DNA of 64,000 nucleotides from contig OZ242214.1 in assembly GCA_965206595.1 (NCBI GenBank), positions 32,001 through 96,000 of the forward strand, in the 5' to 3' direction. How positions within the stretch are numbered: the stretch's first letter is position 1; every line of letters begins with the position of its first letter. The position numbers were made by a program, and so were the translations under genes. Below are positions 10,240 through 21,100 of the stretch, in pieces. The stretch comes from Candidatus Latescibacterota bacterium. GTDB taxonomy: Bacteria; Latescibacterota; UBA2968; UBA8231. The notes beneath the pieces were generated by a model that worked only from the letters and a program-made list of their open reading frames with translations, ran no database searches and had not been told where the DNA came from.

Positions 10240-11934
10240 TTACCCGCTGAGCCGCTCCTCGAGCAGGGCCGCCGCTTCCCCGTGCCCCTCCTTCTCCGCC
10301 CGGCAGAGCGGCTGCGCCCAAGGCGACTGCGCAGGCGCGGCCGGATCGGCGCCCTGTTCCAACAGGAACCGCACCATCTCCGCCTGCCCCTTGCGCGCCG
10401 CAGCGGCCAGGGGCGTGCCCCCGTATTCCAACTCGACCGCCTCGATATCGGCTCCCAGCTCCAGAAAGACGCGGGCGGCGGCGACATCCCCCTTTTCCGC
10501 ACAGCCGTGCAGGAAGGTGCGGCCGATCCAGTTGGCGCGCCGCATGTCGACGCCGCGGTCGGCCAGGGCGCGAATCGTAGGGGGGTCCGAAGGGTAGTTG
10601 CCGCCCCAGATGTCGGTCAGTTGGAACAGCTCTCCCGCATTCGGCACGGTTTCCAGGAAAAGGCCGATGAGCGCAGGCTTGTCCCGTCCCATCACCTCGT
10701 GCAGCAATTGCGGGTCCGCAACCCCCTCTTCCCCTTCGCGCAGGGCCCGTTCCAGCTCGGCATCGTCCATGGCATAGGAGGGGGTCACCGCTCCGTGCTC
10801 GCGCAGCAGGGCCTGCATCTGCCGGCCCTGCTCGCCGTGGTTGTACTCGACGATGGTCAGGCAGGTGCCGGAAGAGTCCACTCCGGCGTTGGGATCGGCG
10901 CCGCGTTCGATCAGCAGTCTCGCCGTCTCCAGGTGGTTTCCCGCGGAAGCGCCGAACAGTGCCCCGCCGCGCGGCGCGAGCTCCTCCGGCCGGTTGGGAT
11001 CGGCACCGAGGTCAAGCAGTTTTTCGACGATCCGGGTATGGCCGTTGCGAGCGGCGCAGGAGAGCGGGCTGCGTCTGCCGGCATCGAGGCCGCGGGCCTG
11101 GGCAGGATCGGCCGCCAGCACCGCATCGACGCGGGCTTCGTCTCCGGCAGCGCAGGCGATGCTCAGGGCGTACTCCGCGCCGCAGGCGAGCAGATGGCGG
11201 GTGACCATCCACGAGTCTTGCGGGGCTTCCGGCGGCAGATTGCGGGTCCGGTACCAGTAGTCGCCGTTGAGGGAGACCAGCAACGGAGTCTGGCCGTCGG
11301 CGCGGCGGGCTTCGAGGCCGGCGCCCCGTGCGACAAAGAGATCCACCAGGTCGTTCTGCCGCGTCAGCGCCGCCCAGTGCAGGGGCCCGTTGCCCAGCGC
11401 GTCCGCGGCGCGGATGAAACCGGGATGCTCTCCCAGCACCGCTTCGACCCGGGCGCGGTCGCGGCCCTTGATCGCCTCGGCCAGCGCGACAAATCCCGGA
11501 CCGTAACCGAAGCGCTCGCGCATCGCCGTCGCCAGCAGCGCCTGCACCTCCCTGTAGCCGCGCTCCTCGCTGATAGCCAGCAGCTTGTCCCACGAGTTGT
11601 AGGTATAGCGCGACTGGCCCGGATCGGCCCCTGCCTGCAGCAGCAGTTCTACCACCTCGGCATGGTTCTCGCGCACCGCCATGTGGATGGGAAACTGGTA
11701 CCAGTACTGGGCGTTGACCAACCTGGGGTCGCTGTCGAGCAGGGCGCGGACCCGCTCCAGATCTCCGGCGCCGCTGGCGCAGAAGAGCTCCCAGGCCCGG
11801 TTCCCGTCCACCGGCTCGATCCCGCACTGGTAGCTCTCCGTCTTCATGCCTTCCGGCTGCAGCAAACGGGCCATCCGTTGCGCGAAACGCTCGCCCGGCG
11901 ACTGGGCCTGCGGCTGCGATTTTCGTCCGGTCAT
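10240..11934 (-). CDS. Ankyrin-repeat protein
   Basis: Repeated ankyrin motifs: FPIHMAVRENHAEVVELLL, GNGPLHWAA, SPLSCAARNGHTRIVEKLL, GTPLAAAARKGQAEMVRFLL. Confidence 0.92.
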   Translation of the reverse strand: MTGRKSQPQAQSPGERFAQRMARLLQPEGMKTESYQCGIEPVDGNRAWELFCASGAGDLERVRALLDSDPRLVNAQYWYQFPIHMAVRENHAEVVELLLQAGADPGQSRYTYNSWDKLLAISEERGYREVQALLATAMRERFGYGPGFVALAEAIKGRDRARVEAVLGEHPGFIRAADALGNGPLHWAALTRQNDLVDLFVARGAGLEARRADGQTPLLVSLNGDYWYRTRNLPPEAPQDSWMVTRHLLACGAEYALSIACAAGDEARVDAVLAADPAQARGLDAGRRSPLSCAARNGHTRIVEKLLDLGADPNRPEELAPRGGALFGASAGNHLETARLLIERGADPNAGVDSSGTCLTIVEYNHGEQGRQMQALLREHGAVTPSYAMDDAELERALREGEEGVADPQLLHEVMGRDKPALIGLFLETVPNAGELFQLTDIWGGNYPSDPPTIRALADRGVDMRRANWIGRTFLHGCAEKGDVAAARVFLELGADIEAVELEYGGTPLAAAARKGQAEMVRFLLEQGADPAAPAQSPWAQPLCRAEKEGHGEAAALLEERLSG

Positions 11935-12407
11935 CCGCGGAATCCCCTTCCTTTTTCCGAGGCGCCTCCCGGGCAGGTATGAACCTCGACCGCTACATGC
12001 ACGAGGCCGAGGTCCCCGGGAATGCGCTCCTTGTATTGCCCCGGCATCGCGGGACGGTGAGCCACGACGGCGATCAGCGCCGAATAGATATCCGGACCGA
12101 TGGACCACAGGTGGAGGTCGGTGACCTTGCTGTCGCCGTCCTGCTCGATGCTGTGGGTGATCCTGTCGCGGATGGATTCGGGACCCTGCCTGTCGAGCAG
12201 TATGTCGCTGGTGGTCCGCAGCAGGCCGAACGACCAGCTGGCCAGGAACGCCTCGGTCACCGCGAAGAAGGACCCTGCACGAACTGCTGCCCCGTCCACC
12301 CGCGGCGGGGTGCGGCTGAAGCAGGACACGGCATTGCCCGCCTCTATCAACTCTCTCAGCACGTACCCTCCAATGGCGCCGCTGCCCCCCTGACGAGGAT
12401 CGTTCAT
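11931..12407 (-). pseudogene. Chimeric remnant: NAD-dependent epimerase N-terminus fused to cation diffusion facilitator (DmeF-like) C-terminus
   Basis: GGSGAIGGYVLRELIEAGNAV (Rossmann start) is joined in frame to WSFGLLRTTSDILLD...VTDLHLWSIGP...HVAVEVH. Confidence 0.65.
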
Positions 12408-12475
12408 CGCGTCATCCCTCTCTGTACCGTATGCGGTGGCAGGCCGTTGTATAAAAGCCCGATCCGAATGCAAGC

Positions 12476-13288
12476 TCAAACTTCCCGTCGAGGGGGATCG
12501 TACCTGGGAAAGAACGCACCTTCGCCGCATTGTCCCTCCCCGATCTTCGCTGCCTGCCCGCCGCCGGTAACCGGGAATCGAGCCCCATCCAGTTCCGGCA
12601 GGACGTAGCGGTTGAACCATACGCTCATCTGTTGGCGCATGTCGGATATCAGGGCCTTCCGGGACTTGTCGTCCACCAGGTTCCTGCGTTCCCCCGGGTC
12701 GTTCACCAGGTCGCAGAGCTCGTGCGGACCGTACGGATACCTGTGGACGTATTTCCACTCCTGCGTGCGGATCATGCGCACGGGACCGTACTCGTCGAAG
12801 ACGACGATCTCCTCCCAGGCGTCGTTCGTCTCTCCGGAAAGCGCGGGGAGAAAGCTCCTGCCGGGGGACATGTCGTCGTTCGGATCGGGCAACCCGAGGT
12901 AGTCGAGCAGGGTCGGCATGAAGTCGTACTGGCTCACCATCGCCTCGCTCACCCGTCCCGCGGGGATCCTGCCGGGCTGGCTGACGATGAAGGGGACCTT
13001 CACGGAGTTCTCGTACATGTTCAGCGGGAAGGTGCCGTTTCCCTTGTGCCAGAACCCGTGGTGTCCGCACGAGTAGCCGTTGTCGCTGCTGAAGACGACG
13101 AGCGTGTTCTCGCGGATACCCAGCTGCGCCAGCCGTTCGAGGATCCTCCCGACGTTCAGGTCGAGCGCCGTTATCGCCGCGAAGTACCCCTTCAACGACT
13201 CGCGGTTGCCCATGTGAACGGCCGCGGCCTGCACCGCCCACGGGTGCAATGCCTCCTGCGGACAGGTCCTGAACGGTTTCTTCTCCAT
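12476..13288 (-). pseudogene. Sulfatase, C-terminal half only
   Basis: YFAAITALDLNVGRIL, NTLVVFSSDNG, HKG, MYENSVKVPF, DFMPTLLD, DPGERRNL. No N-terminal CxPxR motif. Confidence 0.8.
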
Positions 13289-13507
13289 TCCCGATCCTCC
13301 GTCTCCTTTGAAAAGCAGGCCCCGTCCGGGGGCGGCACGCTCAGTCGCGGCGCAGCCACAGCCGCGCGCAGTGCCGCCGGTCCGCGGAGAGGTTCTGCAT
13401 GGGGAGAAAATAGCGCCGCCCTGCCCCCCGCTCGACCGGCCGGTGGCTTGCCGCCGCGGGAGCGGGCTATCTTCAGGCGGCACACCCACCCACGGATCGA
13501 GCGCCGA

Positions 13508-14632
13508 ATGACCACTGCAGAGGAACAGAGCAGCCTGCCCGGGGCCGCCCTCCCGGCACTCCTGCGGCCCGAGGTCCTGGCCGCTTTCGACCGCGAGTTC
13601 TTCGAGCGCGAGGGCTACTGGGTCTGGAACGGGGTCCTCACCGACGAGGGCCGCCGTCGCTGGACGGCCACCCTGCAGCGGCTGCAGGGAATGAACGACT
13701 CCTTCCTCACGGGCACCGACTGGGGCGCCGTCGACTACCCCGGCCTGGGCCTGACGGCGCCCGATCCGGAGGTCCATACCCCCGAGTTTCTGGCTTCCTG
13801 CCGCGGCGGCTCCGAGCAGATGCGGGTCATCCAGACGACCCCCGGCCTGCGCGACTACATGAAGGACCACGGGCTCTTCTGCCCGACACCGGAACCGGTG
13901 GCCGACGGCACCGGGTGGGAGGGGGTCATGCCCGAGTACTTCCCCCTGGCCTACGACGACTTCATCCTCGACGTCACCACCACCCACCCGCAGATGATGG
14001 AGCTCTTCGGCAAGCTCCTGGGGCCGCGGTTCCTGCTGGATCACATCCTGATGCTGAACCGCACACCGGGGTCGACGGGCCGGCGCTGGCACGCCCACGG
14101 CTACCGACAGGGGCAGCACGAGACCGAGGATCCCGGCGGCGGCGGCAACGAGCGCCCGCCGAGCAGGGAATTCCTGCAGCACCAGTGCGTGCGCACCCTG
14201 TGCTATCCCGAGGGCATGAGGGTCGACGACGGGGGCGGCGAGCTGGCCGTGGTCCCCGGCGCCCACCTCTACCGCAGCCCCTACCTGTGGAACACCCGGC
14301 GCAGCGAGTACGACGGCGAGTTCGAGGCCGGCTGGATGCGGGGCCGGGTCCACGCCTTCAGCGGGAAGCCCCTGCGCATCGAGCCCCTCTCCCTGGCCCC
14401 GGGCAGCATGGTCTCCTTCGTCCACCACATGCCGCACCGCGTCGGCCACCGCGACGAGGACGCCCCCACCCGCTGGGGGCTGCTGATGGCCTACCGCACA
14501 CCCGACCCGGAGTCGGCGCCGGCGCGCTGGAACGAGGGCGTCCCGGCCCAGTGGGTAGGGCGCCAGGAGGCCGCGGGCCGGATCACCGCATCGATGCGCC
14601 GGGTCTTCGAGGGGGACAACCCGCCGGCTTGA
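13508..14632 (+). CDS. Phytanoyl-CoA dioxygenase (PhyH)-like 2OG-Fe(II) oxygenase
   Basis: FFEREGY, RRWHAH, GELAVVPGAH, PGSMVSFVHHMPHR. Confidence 0.75.
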   Translation: MTTAEEQSSLPGAALPALLRPEVLAAFDREFFEREGYWVWNGVLTDEGRRRWTATLQRLQGMNDSFLTGTDWGAVDYPGLGLTAPDPEVHTPEFLASCRGGSEQMRVIQTTPGLRDYMKDHGLFCPTPEPVADGTGWEGVMPEYFPLAYDDFILDVTTTHPQMMELFGKLLGPRFLLDHILMLNRTPGSTGRRWHAHGYRQGQHETEDPGGGGNERPPSREFLQHQCVRTLCYPEGMRVDDGGGELAVVPGAHLYRSPYLWNTRRSEYDGEFEAGWMRGRVHAFSGKPLRIEPLSLAPGSMVSFVHHMPHRVGHRDEDAPTRWGLLMAYRTPDPESAPARWNEGVPAQWVGRQEAAGRITASMRRVFEGDNPPA

Positions 14633-14800
14633 TAAGGGCCGGCGGCGGGCTCCGTCAGGGTTTGCCCGGCCGGATCATCCGGGGCGGAACACTCGGGAGC
14701 GGTCCAGGGCGGACGATTAGTGCCTATACGCGCCATTACGCGCGAATTCGGCTGCCGCTGCATCCCGGGCCACCGTTCAGTCCCCCTGCAGTAGTTTGCG

Positions 14801-15010
14801 GTAGAGTCGGGATGTGGCGCGGTGGTGTAGGCTCGGCCTATCTGTTTCCGGCCCTTTCGTCTGCCGGTGCCTCACTAGCCGAACCCTGCCCCGTTTCCAC
14901 ACCCCGCTCATCGAACCCAGCGGGCGGATTTCCCGCATTGGGCTCTCGGACGAGATCATGCCTTCGCCCACGAAAAACCGGTCGTACGCGCGCAAAGGGG
15001 GGTGAACCCA
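14801..15010 (-). ncRNA. Group II intron 3' remnant (domains V-VI)
   Basis: The minus strand reads GAGAGCCCAATGCGGGAAATCCGCCCGCTGGGTTCGATGAGCGGG (domain V with AGC triad), then a long domain VI ending CCCGACTCTAC. No RT gene is left. Confidence 0.8.
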
Positions 15011-15034
15011 TGATCCTGCCACAGATGCCCCGCC

Positions 15035-15362
15035 GGGTCGCTGCGGGCAGCCGGGCTGGATGCGCTCGGGCAGGATGCCGAGCCGGATCCACCAGACCGA
15101 CAGTTGGGAGAGCCGTCCCAGCGCCTGGGAGGAGGCGAAGGGGGCGCCGTTGTCGGTACGGATGATGCGGGGCAGGCCGTAGGTGCGGAAGAGCCGGTGG
15201 AAGACCGGCCGGCTCAGTTGCCCCTGGGGCGCGTCGAGGGCCTGGCACCCCAGCAGAAAGCGGCTGTAGCCGTCGACGACGGTCAGCGGGTAGCAGTAGC
15301 GGCCATCCAGGGTTTTGAACTGCCCCTTGAAGTCGGCGGTCCAGACGTGATTGGGCGCGTTC
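15035..15362 (-). pseudogene. IS481-family transposase integrase-core fragment
   Basis: Hand translation: PNHVWTADFKGQFKTLDGRYCYPLTVVDGYSRFLL...YGLPRIIRTDNGAPF...WWIRLGILPERIQPG. Confidence 0.8.
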
Positions 15363-15524
15363 TTGGACTATGTGCCGGACGTCGACCAACCGCCCTTGGA
15401 TGGAAGCATACTCCCCTCTGCTGTTGAATCGGACACCTGGGGGAGGATCAAGAACCAATGAACTTTCGAAGGTGGTTGCTTGCGGCGGTGCTTCTGGTGC
15501 GGGGCGGTCCGCTCGGCGCTCAAG

Positions 15525-15966
15525 TCAGGGCACCGAGGAGACGACGGTGGAAATCTTCTTCGACATGTCGGAGAGCGACAGCTACGGAGTGGCGCAGGAG
15601 CCGTGGCGCGACTTCCGGCCGGACTACGTGGTCGGGGTCACCGGCAGCAACGGGGTCCTGACGAAGGAGTTCTACTGGCGCTACACCGGGACCGGGTGGG
15701 ACAAGAAGGAAGGGGCCGACATTCCCGAGGTGGACATAGCCTTCGCGACCCGATACCTGGAAGGAGCCTGGGACTGGAAGCTGCTGGACATCCCGGACAC
15801 GGACCGGCATCACCTTGAGGTGGACTCCTACAACCAACTCAAGGCCGTGCGGGTCTCGAAGGGTGTGTTCCGGGACTATGTGCCGAATGACGACTACGCC
15901 TTGAGGGGACAGATCCTCCCGTCGGCTGTCGAACCGGACACCTGGGGGAGGGTCAAGAGCCGATGA
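15525..15966 (+). pseudogene. Gene A copy 1, 5'-deleted
   Basis: QGTEETTVEIFFDMSESD...SAVEPDTWGRVKSR is joined by a deletion to a preceding A-tail/B-start scrap (15365-15524). Confidence 0.8.
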
Positions 15967-16316
15967 GCTATCGCGGGTGGTTGCTGGCGGCGGTGCTTCT
16001 GGTGTCGGGCGGTCCGCTCGGCGCTGAAGGGGAGTTTCCCATCGGGGCGTGGTTCCCGGGGATGATCGAGATCGAGGGGGACGAAGAGGCCGAGGAGGCC
16101 GAGTGGGCGACGCGGCTGGATTCGGTGAAGGCGCAAGGCTTCAACACCATCCATGCCCGGCAAGGCCGCGGCCATGTGCGGACCTCCGCGTACAACCAAC
16201 GCTGGATGGCCCGTGCCCACGCCCGGGGGCTGAAGGTGCAGCTGCACAGCTGGCAGCAGCCGCCCGAATGGCGCGAACACAGCCGCGGCTACTGGACGCG
16301 GCCTTGGAGCCGTTAA
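15963..16316 (+). pseudogene. Gene B 5' fragment, variant 1 (signal peptide plus about 95 aa)
   Basis: Matches the N-terminus of the 1180-aa ORF up to YWTR, then stops in the spacer. Confidence 0.8.
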
Positions 16317-16359
16317 CAAAAACCTGTTCACCTGATTCCTCACGATGGAGGATGCTACC

Positions 16360-17067
16360 ATGCGAACGAAGACCCTTCAACTCATGCTGACCGCTCTGAC
16401 CGCCTTGCTGGTGGCGGGACCGGGTTCGGCCCAGAACAGTGGAAATTTCACCGTCGACGGAGACCCGATGGAGTGGTCAGGGTTGCGGTTTGACGAATAC
16501 GCCGACGTGGTCCCGGACACCAGCAGCACCGTAGACCTTCTCGGTTACTCGTTTGGCGACGCCAGCGTCTACACGGGTGGGGACACGCTGATCACCTTCC
16601 TCTTCCAGTTTGTAGCCCCGCCCTTTCAGGGCGCCGAGGAGACGACGGTGGAGATCTTCTTCGACATGTCGGAGAGCGACAGCTACGGAGTGGCGCAGGG
16701 GCCGTGGAGCGATTTCCGGCCGGACTACGTGATAGGGGTCACGGGAAGCAACGGCGCTTTGACCAAGGAGTTCTACTGGCGCTACACCGGCAGCGGCTGG
16801 GACAAGAAGGAAGGAGCCGACATTCCCGAGGTGGATATAGCGTTCGCGACCCGATACCTGGAGGGCGCCCTGGACTGGAAGCGGCTGGATATCCCGGATA
16901 CGGACCGGCCCTACTACGAGGTGGAGTCCTATAACCAACTCAAGGCGGTGCGGGTCTCGAAGGCTGCGTTCCGGGACTATCTGCCGAATGGCGACCATCC
17001 ATTGAGGGAACAGATACTCCCCAGTGCGGTGGAAGCGGACTCATGGGGGAGGATCAAGAACCCATGA
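16360..17067 (+). CDS. Gene A copy 2: secreted 235-aa protein with C-terminal WGRIK tail
   Basis: RBS GGAGG, signal peptide MRTKTLQLMLTALTALLVAGPGSA, FTVDGDPMEW motif, ends SAVEADSWGRIKNP. Confidence 0.85.
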   Translation: MRTKTLQLMLTALTALLVAGPGSAQNSGNFTVDGDPMEWSGLRFDEYADVVPDTSSTVDLLGYSFGDASVYTGGDTLITFLFQFVAPPFQGAEETTVEIFFDMSESDSYGVAQGPWSDFRPDYVIGVTGSNGALTKEFYWRYTGSGWDKKEGADIPEVDIAFATRYLEGALDWKRLDIPDTDRPYYEVESYNQLKAVRVSKAAFRDYLPNGDHPLREQILPSAVEADSWGRIKNP

Positions 17068-17402
17068 ACTTTCGAGTGTGGTTTCTTGTGGCGGTGCTTC
17101 TGGTGCCGGTCGGTCCGCTCGGCGCGCAAGAGGAGTTTCCGATCGGGGCGTGGTTCCCGGGGATGACCGAGGGCGATGATGAGGACCAGTGGGCGGCGCG
17201 GCTGGATTCGGTGAAGGCGGCCGGGTTCAACACCATCCATGCCATTCGCGGGCGGGGGGAGATCCGGGCGTCCGAGTACAACAAAAAGTGGATGGCCCTG
17301 GCCCACGCCCGGGGCCTGAAGGTGCAGCTGCACAGCTGGAGGCAGCCGCCCGCGTGGCGCAGCTCCAGCCGCAACTACTGGACGCGGCCTTGGAGCCGTT
17401 AA
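17064..17402 (+). pseudogene. Gene B 5' fragment, variant 2
   Basis: MNFRVWFLVAVLL...EFPIGAWFPGM...YWTRPWSR, with the same breakpoint as variant 1. Confidence 0.8.
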
Positions 17403-17445
17403 CAAAAACCTGTTCACCTGATTCCTCACGATGGAGGATGCTACC

Positions 17446-18153
17446 ATGCGAACGAAGACGCTTCAACTCATGCTGACCGCTCTGACCGCCTTGCTGCTGG
17501 CGGGACCGGGTTCGGCTCAGAACAGTGGAAATTTCACCGTCGACGGAGACCCGATGGAGTGGTCAGGGTTGCGGTTTGACGAACGTAACGACGTGGTCCC
17601 GGACACCAGCAGCACCGTCGATCTGGACGGCTACTCGTTTGGCGCCGCCGGCGTCTACGCGGGCGGGGACACGCTGTTCACCTTCCTCTTCCAGTTTCGG
17701 GCCCCGCCCTTTCAGGGGGCCGAGGAGACGACGGTGGAGATCTTCTTCGACCTGTCGGAGAGCGACAGCTACGGAGTGGCGCAGGGGCCGTGGAGCGATT
17801 TCCGGCCGGACTACGTGATCGGGGTCACCGGCAGCAACGGCGCCCTGACGAAGGAGTTCTACTGGCGCTACTCCGGCAGCGGGTGGGACAAGAAGGAAGG
17901 GGCCGACATTCCCGAGGTGGAGGTGGCCTTCGCGACCCGATACCTGGAGGGAGCCCTGGACTGGAAGCGGCTGGACATCCCGGACACGGATCGGCATCAC
18001 TCCGAGGTGGACTCCTATAACCAACTCAAGGCGGTGCGGGTATCGAAGGGCGCGTTCCGGGACTATCTGCCGAATGGCGACCATCCCTTGAGGGAACAGA
18101 TACTCCCCACTGCTGTTGAATCGGACACCTGGGGGAGGATCAAGAACCCATGA
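17446..18153 (+). CDS. Gene A copy 3: secreted 235-aa protein
   Basis: Close paralog of 16360-17067, ends TAVESDTWGRIKNP. Confidence 0.85.
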   Translation: MRTKTLQLMLTALTALLLAGPGSAQNSGNFTVDGDPMEWSGLRFDERNDVVPDTSSTVDLDGYSFGAAGVYAGGDTLFTFLFQFRAPPFQGAEETTVEIFFDLSESDSYGVAQGPWSDFRPDYVIGVTGSNGALTKEFYWRYSGSGWDKKEGADIPEVEVAFATRYLEGALDWKRLDIPDTDRHHSEVDSYNQLKAVRVSKGAFRDYLPNGDHPLREQILPTAVESDTWGRIKNP

Positions 18154-21100
18154 GCTATCGAGGGTGGTTCCTTGTGGCGGTGCTTCTGGTGTCGGGCGGT
18201 CCGCTCGGCGCGGAGTTTCCCATCGGGGCGTGGTTCCCGGGGATGATCGAGATCGAGGGGGACGAAGAGGCCGAGGAGGCCGAGTGGGCGGCGCGGCTGG
18301 ATTCGGTGCAGGCGGCCGGGTTCAACACCGTCCATGCCATGCGCGGGCGCGGGGAGATCCGGACGTCCGAGTACAACAAAAAGTGGATGGACCTGGCCCA
18401 CGCCCGGGGGCTGAAGGTGCAGCTGCACAGTTGGCAGCCGCCGCCCGAATGGCGCGAGCACAGCCGCAACTACTGGACGCGGACCTTCGAGGCGGAGGAC
18501 ACGGAGCTCTTCACCTATCCGATCGGTCGGGAGGTCACCGACGACGACGGCACGACGAGGAGGGTTGCGCGGTATGCCGCGACGGGGGAGCACAACCCCG
18601 GCCTGGTGCTGGAATCGAGAGGAAGCGTGTACTTGCGCAGGAACCCTCCTCCCCCTCCTTCGGAGCCGGGATACGGCTCCCGCTTCGGGCACCATGTCTT
18701 CCGGCTGAAGACCGACGACGCCACTGGCACCGACCACATCGCCACCCTGAGAGTTCTCCAGCCGTCCGGGACCGTGATGGACTCGATGGAAGTGTTTGAA
18801 GACGACTTTCAGGCTGCCGACACATACCAGGACTTTGGACTCGAATATGACATTGGGCCCAAGACCGATGATCGCGGCTCCATTCCGGTTCGCTACCAGG
18901 TGTATTGGACCGGGGCGGACACTCTTTGGGTGGACCACATCCGGGCCCACGACTGGGAGATAGATCCTGACACTGAGGAGCCCGTGAAACCACCCCACGC
19001 TGCCCGGCTCTTTGCCGGCAAGTTTGACAGAACCCTCACTGACACCCTGGCCAAGTATGACGGGGTGAGGGCCCCGCGCCCGTGGCGGTTCGCCCTGTAC
19101 GACGAGCCGCGGTGGGAGCTTCGAGAGAGCGTGGCCTACGTGGACTCCTTCATCGAAGCCCAGACCGGAGGCACGCCGGGGATCAGTCCGTACAACCAAA
19201 ACCACCGCGGCGCCATGGAGCGGTATGTGGACACGGTCTCCCCGCCCGAGCTTCTGGTGGATTTCTACCCGTTCTTCCACGACACGCCGGCGCCGGGTCA
19301 GGCGGCCTATGCGGACTCCCTGCGCCGCCGCCTGGACTGGCTCGTCACCGGCTACGGCCACGCCCGGGCGGTGAGCCTGGGGCTTCGGGAGGACGGATCC
19401 GTCAAGCGCCGGATTCCTCTGTGGTGCGTGGTGCAGACACACAACTGGAGCAACTTGCGCAATCCGACGCCGGAGGAGATCCGCGTGCAGGTCAACCTGG
19501 CCCTGGCCCACGGCGCGACGGGCATCTACTACTACCAGTATCACAGTTACAGTGAGGACCGCCAGGTCGACGGCCTGGTCGATCTCGACTATCGGCGGAC
19601 GCCTCGACTGACGGAAGTGGAGGACCTCAACACGATGCTGGATGCGCTGGACGATACGTTTCTGGAGCTGACATCCGATGACGTGTTTGCCGGCGACGAT
19701 CCCGACGATTTCCCAGATTTCGTTCAGAGCCTTTCGGTTGGGGCCGATTATTTTCTGGGCGCCTTCACCCATACCGACGACACGCGCTATCTGATGGTGG
19801 TCAACACCCAGTGCGGAACCGCGGGCACGCGGACGACGACGGTGACCCTGGATGCGGCGGCCCTGAAAGGGGACGCCTACGACTATACGTTGTTCGATGT
19901 GTACGGAGACCGGCGGCTGCAGGCCGGGGGCAGCGATGCGCACCCGGCGTTCTCGGTGACGCTGGGTCCGGGGGAGGGCACGCTGTATCGGGTCGAGGCG
20001 GATCTTCCTGTTTTGGCGAGTTTCGGCTCTTCGAGTTACGAGTTGATCGAAGGGGGGGATGCGGTGACTGGGGAGAATCCGGCGGATGTGGGCAAGAGGG
20101 TGGAGGTGACGGTGTCCCTGTCGGCGGCGCCCAGCGAGCGGTTGGAGGTTCCCATTGAGGTGACGTTCGGGACGGAGGAATTCACGGCGGAGTACACGGC
20201 GGATGACCCGGACCTGCAGGACTACAGGGTCAGCGGCCTCTCGTCGGGGGGGCTGAGGTTCACCCCTAACCGAACCTCGGCGACGTTCCGGATCCGGGCC
20301 AACCCCGATCTCGACGTGGAGGACGAGACGATCGGCTTGAGTTTCGGGCGGTTGCCGGCGGGGGTGCGGACCGGGGATCCGTCGACGGCGACGGTGACGA
20401 TCCGGGACACGCCGAACCCGCCGGAGGGCTTGACGGCGACGGCGGGTCACGGCGAGGTGACGTTGCGGTGGGATGCCCCGGACCCGGAGAATCCCGGCAT
20501 CCGGGGCTGGCAGTATCAGGTGCGTCTGCCGCCGCAGCAGACGGAATTTGGGCCCTGGATGCCGATGGGCCTGGGGGAGTTCACCGATCGGACGGTGTTC
20601 CAGCGGACCGAGCACACCGTGGAGGGTTTGCCCAACGGGGTGAAGCACCTGTTCCGGATCAGGGCGTACACACGCGGGTACGGCTTGGCCTCGGCGTCGG
20701 CGGAGGCGACGCCCAATGGACTGCTGGCGGAGGCCTACCGAGGGGCGGTGGTGCTGCGGTGGATTGATGCCCCGGAGGGTGAAGATATAGCCAGGTGGGA
20801 GTATCAGGTGAGGGAGGTCTTGGAGCAGGGCCAAGGGGATTGGAGCGGGTGGAGTTCAGCCGGCGGGTCGAGCGCGCGATCGCACACGGTTCGGGGCCTG
20901 ACCAACGGGGTGCGGCACCACTTCCAGGTGCAGGGTCTCACGGCGGCGGGCGTGACGGCGCTGACGTGGCCGACGCCGAGGGACGGCAGTGTTGTGAAGG
21001 CGACGCCTCAGGCGAGTCTGCCTCTGCCTCCGAACGAGGCCCCATCGAAACCGGAGGGGGAGCCGGCGGTGTCGATTGCCGAGCACACCACCGACACAGG

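Larger units (their letters stand above)
15365..18480 (+). repeat. Tandem array of [gene A + 5' part of gene B] units, period 1086 bp, four A/B junctions
   Basis: An identical spacer GCCTTGGAGCCGTTAACAAAAACCTGTTCACCTGATTCCTCACGATGGAGGATGCTACCATG starts at 16301 and 17387. A-stop/B-start ATGA overlaps occur at 15458, 15963, 17064 and 18150. Confidence 0.92.

Noticed and set aside
15365-18480. Diversity-generating retroelement as the cause of array variation
   Set aside because: No reverse transcriptase is in the window, and differences between copies are not restricted to adenines and include indels
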